A stretch of DNA of 52,371 nt from Candidatus Omnitrophota bacterium (GTDB lineage Bacteria > Omnitrophota > Gorgyraeia > Gygaellales > Profunditerraquicolaceae), in assembly GCA_043798795.1 (NCBI GenBank), contig JAZDOJ010000037.1, forward strand, positions 1 through 52,371, read 5' to 3'. The first letter of the stretch is position 1. Each line of letters starts with the position of its first letter. A program made the translations under genes and the position numbers. This document shows, piece after piece, positions 48,594 through 52,371 of the stretch. The notes beneath the pieces are model-generated. The model saw only the letters and a program-made list of their open reading frames with translations. It was not told the DNA's origin and made no database searches.

Positions 48594-51407
48594 ATGGTGA
48601 CAATTTCGAGGTTAATAACCAAAACAAAAGGATTAAAAATCCTTTTTTTTATAATCTGTGCCTGGGCGGTCCTGTCGGCCTCATGGGTGCCGTGCGCGTT
48701 CGCCTATTCTCAAATTGCCGAGTATCTGTGCGAAATTGGGATAAAATTCTTCCAGCAAGGCCGCTATGAAGAGGCTTTGCATGAGTTTAAGAAGGCCCTG
48801 TTAGCCAAGCCTGATTATGAGGCAGCCCAAAAATACATTGAGATGACAGAGCGTATGATTCCTGGTGCGGCTGTTATGCCGACTCAAAAAATTCCTTCCG
48901 CAACCCCTGCCGAATACATGGAACTGCTTGAGATTCAAAAGGAAATGATGCGAGAGAAACAGAGGCCGGTCGTGCCTGCCATGCCGGCCGCTCAGAGGCC
49001 CGCAAAAGCTGTCTCCCTACCCGGGGAAATCAAAAAAAGGATTTATGCACCCAGGGAATTAACTTTGGATGAATCTTTTAGCCGCATAAGGCAACCCATT
49101 GAGATTGAGCAGGGAGAAACCATTGCGATCAAAGGGAGAGGTATCCAGAGATTCCTTGTCACCGAGCCACTTGTTTTAAAAGTCGAAAGAAAAGGACTTG
49201 ATGAAATTCTCGTTACGGGAGAAAGGATTGGCTATACCTTTCTTCATATCTGGGACCAAAACGGCCGATGGACTTTAGAGTTTCTTACGATTCCTCCCAG
49301 GCCCCAAGGCCCAACGCTTGAGGAAGAGCTGCGTCAGGCTGAAGAAAAAGCGAAAAACTTTAAATTCCGTTATTATCTGGATTGGTCTTCTTTTGAAACA
49401 GGTCGAAAATGGGATTCCTTAAAGCGCAGCAGTTATTCCTGGAGACATTCGTTGACTTTTTTTGGAGAAACGCCCTATGGGATGTTTGATTCAACGGTTT
49501 CAGGGAACGTCTGGCAAGACACTTCGGAAGTCTCCTATATGTCCGTTGGATTGACGCAAGGCAGGCTCGGCACTTTTAAGGATTTCAATGTACGGTTGCT
49601 GGACTTTACACCGGCTCTTTCGAACCTGATTTTATGGGGAGGGAATTTGCGCGGTGCCATGTTAAATTCCCCTGCTTTTGATAACATGATAGATTATACC
49701 GTTTTTTGGGGCACGGAAAGAGGCGGTCTTTACGGAGATTTCACGCCGGGATTTACCACAGAGAGGGAATCTTATTTGACCGGTATCGATGTGAATATCA
49801 AGCCGAAGGAAAAACAGAAATATGGTTTTTCTATTGTTCGCGGCGGGGGCAGCGACCGGCTCCCTGAGCTTAATGAATACGGTTACGACGCTGATTTTAG
49901 TCTTGACTTTGCCAAGGGGAGCCTGAGTGGTGATGTAGGTTTTGATTCAAAAAAATTTGCCTATCTGCTCAATGCCTCTACCAGCATCCCCGACCTCATC
50001 GTCAACTCGGAATTTCGCAATATCGATAAAGAATTCCTGACCATGACGGGCCTGGGGTCCCGGGCTGGTGAATTAGGCCTCTTGACAAATATTTTTTACA
50101 CGCCGCGGGAATATCTTACGGTTAATGCCAGAACAGACTTTTATCAAGACAGGCTTTTCCCCCGTCCTACAGATGAGGATGCCTGGAACCAGGATATGAA
50201 TTTGGGCGTAAGCCTCCAGGCCGACCCGGCGACCGTCTGGAGAGTGGATTATGCCTTGCAAAATGACCTGGGAAAGGTTTCCCCTCTCCGTAATTATAAC
50301 GCCGGGCTCTCTTTAAACAGGTATTTCGATTGGATAAGAAGGATCAATACGTTCATCATGTACCGTTACTATCATACAAATAATTTCCGATCTCCTACCC
50401 TGGACTACATCAATAACCGTATCATGATGGGAATAAGTTTCAATATCATAAAAGACCTCAATTATTTTGTCAACCAGGAATTCGGGTGGATTGAGGCCTT
50501 GAAGGCGGATGAGAAATCACATCCCCGCGCCCTCCAGACGGGCCTGGATTGGGGCAGGCAGATCTTTAAATCACCCTTCTTTGTCAATTTACGCTTTTTC
50601 TATCGGGACGAGGAAAATACCTTATCGCCTTTCAGCTTCCTTTCGGGAGAGGATTATGTGGAAAGCTACGGCGAGATCTCTTACAAACCCACGCCGGACC
50701 TGGAGGCCTTTTTCAATACCCGCGTGCGCAATGTCTGGGCTGAAAATCCCACGACGCAGAAGCGCCTCGATGTGAATTTTTACTCAGGATTGCGCTATCT
50801 TTGGGATACAGGCTTGCGCTGGGAATCCGTGGGGGCCATTGATGGCTACGTATTCAAAGACTATAATTCCGATGGGCTCAGGCAAAGGGATGAACCGCCG
50901 GTGGAGGGTGTTAAGATTTGGATGGGCAAAGATAAATTTGAAGTGACAGACCTGTTTGGTTATTACCGGTTCAGAAAAATTAAGGCGGCGAAGGCCTTTG
51001 TCAATATTGATACCACTACGATTCCGCCTGGTTTCCTCTTGACCGTCCCGTCTACCCAGGAAGCCCCTATCCTGCAGGCCGCAAGCACCCAGATTAACTT
51101 CGGGATTCTCAGCAAGACGGAGATTGTAGGGATCGTCTTTGATGATGTGGATGGGAAAAAAGAGCTGGGTCCTGGTTCTGTTGGCTTAAAAGGGGTCGAG
51201 GTCTACCTGGAAGACGGAAGCAGGGCTAAGACGGATAATTTCGGAAGATACGCGTTTAAAAAGGCGAACCTGGGTAAACACAGGCTCACCCTGGATTTAA
51301 AGACAGTGCCTGCCCAATATATACCTACCGTGCCTATCTTTGTCGATTTTGAATTATCGGAAGGCGACAGCTTCAGTTACAATATTCCAATGAAGAAAAC
51401 GGAGTAG
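48594..51407 (+). CDS. 937-aa outer-membrane protein: signal peptide, TPR, CpaC/RcpA-N-like domain, large beta-barrel and two SdrD-B/Cna-B-like domains
   Basis: TPR-like GRYEEALHEFKKALLAKPDYEAA. Pilus-N-like IEIEQGETIAIKGRGIQRFLVTEPLVLKV...ILVTGERIGYTFLHIWDQNGR. About 520 aa with amphipathic beta-strand periodicity rich in Y/F/W/N/G. C-terminal GYVFKDYNSDGLRQRDEPPVEGVKI...TDLFGYYRF and GIVFDDVDGKKELG..GLKGVEVYLEDGSRAKTDNFGRYAF. Confidence 0.6.
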   Translation: MVTISRLITKTKGLKILFFIICAWAVLSASWVPCAFAYSQIAEYLCEIGIKFFQQGRYEEALHEFKKALLAKPDYEAAQKYIEMTERMIPGAAVMPTQKIPSATPAEYMELLEIQKEMMREKQRPVVPAMPAAQRPAKAVSLPGEIKKRIYAPRELTLDESFSRIRQPIEIEQGETIAIKGRGIQRFLVTEPLVLKVERKGLDEILVTGERIGYTFLHIWDQNGRWTLEFLTIPPRPQGPTLEEELRQAEEKAKNFKFRYYLDWSSFETGRKWDSLKRSSYSWRHSLTFFGETPYGMFDSTVSGNVWQDTSEVSYMSVGLTQGRLGTFKDFNVRLLDFTPALSNLILWGGNLRGAMLNSPAFDNMIDYTVFWGTERGGLYGDFTPGFTTERESYLTGIDVNIKPKEKQKYGFSIVRGGGSDRLPELNEYGYDADFSLDFAKGSLSGDVGFDSKKFAYLLNASTSIPDLIVNSEFRNIDKEFLTMTGLGSRAGELGLLTNIFYTPREYLTVNARTDFYQDRLFPRPTDEDAWNQDMNLGVSLQADPATVWRVDYALQNDLGKVSPLRNYNAGLSLNRYFDWIRRINTFIMYRYYHTNNFRSPTLDYINNRIMMGISFNIIKDLNYFVNQEFGWIEALKADEKSHPRALQTGLDWGRQIFKSPFFVNLRFFYRDEENTLSPFSFLSGEDYVESYGEISYKPTPDLEAFFNTRVRNVWAENPTTQKRLDVNFYSGLRYLWDTGLRWESVGAIDGYVFKDYNSDGLRQRDEPPVEGVKIWMGKDKFEVTDLFGYYRFRKIKAAKAFVNIDTTTIPPGFLLTVPSTQEAPILQAASTQINFGILSKTEIVGIVFDDVDGKKELGPGSVGLKGVEVYLEDGSRAKTDNFGRYAFKKANLGKHRLTLDLKTVPAQYIPTVPIFVDFELSEGDSFSYNIPMKKTE

Positions 51408-51470
51408 TTAGTTCGTAGTTCATAGTTCGTAGTAAAATCTTTAAGCTCCGAACAACGAACTCCGAACTAA
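51408..51470. repeat. Long imperfect palindrome (25-nt arms, 21/25 paired) built from TAGTTCRT-type octamers; probable bidirectional terminator
   Basis: TTAGTTCGTAGTTCATAGTTCGTAG - 13-nt loop - CTCCGAACAACGAACTCCGAACTAA, between convergent genes. No U tract. Confidence 0.6.
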
Positions 51471-51472
51471 AG

Positions 51473-51724
51473 TTAGCGCGCGTAGTACGTCTTAACGAGC
51501 ATCTGCGGGGTTGAGACGTTCACGCTGGCTGCTTGCGCGTCCTGCTGGATCAGCTTCTCTGCCTCGGCCGTGACCTGGACCTGTTCCTGTTCCAAGAGAG
51601 GCGTATTCACGCCCGGGATAGCTGGGATCGTGCATGAAACAGGTAGCGATGATGTGTCACCCGCATGAGCCAGGGTCACTGTACAACAGAACGCTAAGAT
51701 CAAAGCCATAAACATTTTTTTCAT
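51473..51724 (-). CDS. Small secreted protein (83 aa), unknown function
   Basis: Signal peptide MKKMFMALILAFCCTVTLAHA. SD GAGGTG. Second gene of the riboswitch-controlled unit. Confidence 0.55.
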   Translation of the reverse strand: MKKMFMALILAFCCTVTLAHAGDTSSLPVSCTIPAIPGVNTPLLEQEQVQVTAEAEKLIQQDAQAASVNVSTPQMLVKTYYAR

Positions 51725-51735
51725 CAAACACCTCG

Positions 51736-52011
51736 CTAACCTTCCGTGGCTGGTGTAGTGGGACTGACCCCTTTTTGCCCCATAATTTCCCTGATTCTAT
51801 TTTCCAAATCCTCTTCGGACTTAATATTCTTTCCGTTAATGTTTAACGCTTTCATAAAATCAACGAACCAGGCAATGATTTTAGCGCGGGATAATTTAGA
51901 GCCGGTTGAAAACAAGGCATCCTTGCCCAGCTTATCCAAAAAATCAATTTCTGCGCGATTCAAGAACGTAACTACCCGTTGATTCTTTTTCAGATGTTCC
52001 GAAAGGTTCAT
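51736..52011 (-). CDS. Small protein (91 aa) with ribbon-helix-helix-like N-terminus
   Basis: Start at the internal ATG (MNLSEHLKKNQRVVTFLNRAEIDFLDKL..) preceded by GGGGGTG. The longer ORF-track start would run through the terminator hairpin and the riboswitch. Confidence 0.55.
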   Translation of the reverse strand: MNLSEHLKKNQRVVTFLNRAEIDFLDKLGKDALFSTGSKLSRAKIIAWFVDFMKALNINGKNIKSEEDLENRIREIMGQKGVSPTTPATEG

Positions 52012-52022
52012 CCGGCACCCCC

Positions 52023-52060
52023 AAAAACAAAAAACCCTAAAGGCAATCTTTAGGGTTTTT
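52023..52060 (-). terminator. Intrinsic terminator forming the riboswitch expression platform
   Basis: Minus strand: ACCCTAAAG-ATTGC-CTTTAGGGT followed by TTTTTGTTTTT. It ends about 12 nt upstream of the start codon. Confidence 0.8.
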
Positions 52061-52065
52061 TCGCT

Positions 52066-52146
52066 CTTTGGCAACCCCGCTACCCGGTATTCCGGGCCGG
52101 AGGTTTTGCGCCCCAGCATTGCTGCTAGTTTGCCTTTATCAGTGAG
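52066..52146 (-). promoter_or_regulatory. c-di-GMP-I (GEMM-I) riboswitch aptamer
   Basis: Minus-strand RNA: GGCAAA-CUAGCA-GCAA-UGCUGG-GGCGCAAAACCUCCGG-CCCGGAAUACCGGG-UAGCGGGGUUGCC. It matches the conserved core recalled from the V. cholerae Vc2 aptamer (GGCAAACC, GNRA-capped hairpin, GGGACGCAAAGCCUCCGGCC, GGUAGCGGGGUUACC). The second hairpin is unusually short. Confidence 0.8.
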
Positions 52147-52186
52147 TGTACCTAATTGTCAACACATCTGTCAAACTTCTACATAA

Positions 52187-52215
52187 AGTATAACACAAGT
52201 TTTGGCAAATGACAA
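52187..52215 (-). promoter_or_regulatory. Sigma70-type promoter driving the riboswitch (TTGTCA-17-TATACT on the minus strand)
   Basis: The reverse complement of 52210..52215 is TTGTCA and that of 52187..52192 is TATACT, with 17-nt spacing. Confidence 0.55.
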
Positions 52216-52230
52216 GGTTTGCAATTGATA

Positions 52231-52371
52231 AAGTGTTGTCAAGATAATTGTACGCTTTCGTATTGGGGTTCTCTGAAAATTGTTACATGTCTTGGCATAA
52301 CCTCTGGTTGTTGTTCTTGCATAACTTGGCTTATAATGCCGTATACCCACAGATTTGCGCTTCTACTTGAT
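52231..52371. repeat. Right arm of the 141-bp terminal inverted repeat (probably the native copy)
   Basis: Exact reverse complement of 1..141. Here the sequence continues naturally into the riboswitch promoter region, whereas the left copy interrupts clpB. Confidence 0.95.

Noticed and set aside
52066-52146. SRP (4.5S) RNA, because of a GGAA-containing hairpin
   Set aside because: It lacks the conserved GUCAGGUCCGGAAGGAAGCAGC helix-8 motif. The sequence instead matches the GEMM-I core almost block for block.
1-52371. CRISPR arrays, IS elements or transposases, toxin-antitoxin pairs and recognisable defence genes
   Set aside because: No regularly spaced direct repeats and no transposase, integrase or nuclease-type ORFs were seen on either strand.

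Overview
This 52.4-kb window looks like a chromosomal contig from a diderm bacterium; it carries lptD, lepB and many lipoproteins. There is no rRNA gene, so I cannot place the lineage. Most of it is housekeeping, nearly all on the + strand:
- 0-6.7 kb: CIRCE-controlled hrcA-grpE-dnaK-dnaJ, downstream of a 5'-truncated clpB.
- 6.7-10.6 kb: an FmdB-type zinc-ribbon gene, a VanZ-like gene, a DUF1015 gene, accD and an orphan ABC ATPase.
- 10.7-12.8 kb: two overlapping GGDEF cyclase genes.
- 12.9-20.3 kb: ROK kinase, transaldolase, lptD, ugd, a second sugar dehydrogenase and uxs.
- 20.4-25.1 kb: cvpA, a NIF3-like gene, dnaG and rpoD.
- 30.4-32.3 kb: tRNA-Met(CAT), tRNA-Val(CAC), a COG1579 zinc-ribbon gene, rnhA and RNase P RNA.
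- 32.3-43.2 kb: yebC-ruvC-ruvA-scpB, pheA-hisC-aroF-tyrA-cmk, lepA-lepB and pgsA-plsY.

Three parts are not ordinary:
1. 43.8-51.4 kb is a tightly packed operon of six exported proteins. It encodes a triple pilin-like repeat protein, two pilin-like subunits, two PapD/FimC-like periplasmic proteins, and a 937-aa outer-membrane protein built as TPR + CpaC-N-like domain + beta-barrel + two SdrD/Cna-B-like domains. I read it as a non-canonical chaperone-usher-like fibre system.
2. Convergent with that operon, on the minus strand, a GEMM-I (c-di-GMP-I) riboswitch with an intrinsic terminator precedes a small RHH-like protein gene and a small secreted protein gene. The window also holds two diguanylate cyclases, a PilZ protein and a stand-alone MshEN domain protein.
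3. 26.9-30.4 kb is an AT-rich islet next to the tRNAs, with paralogous intergenic repeats and a tRNA-Val-derived structured element.

The two contig ends are a perfect 141-bp inverted repeat that truncates clpB. This is either an assembly or amplification fold-back, or a real rearrangement breakpoint.
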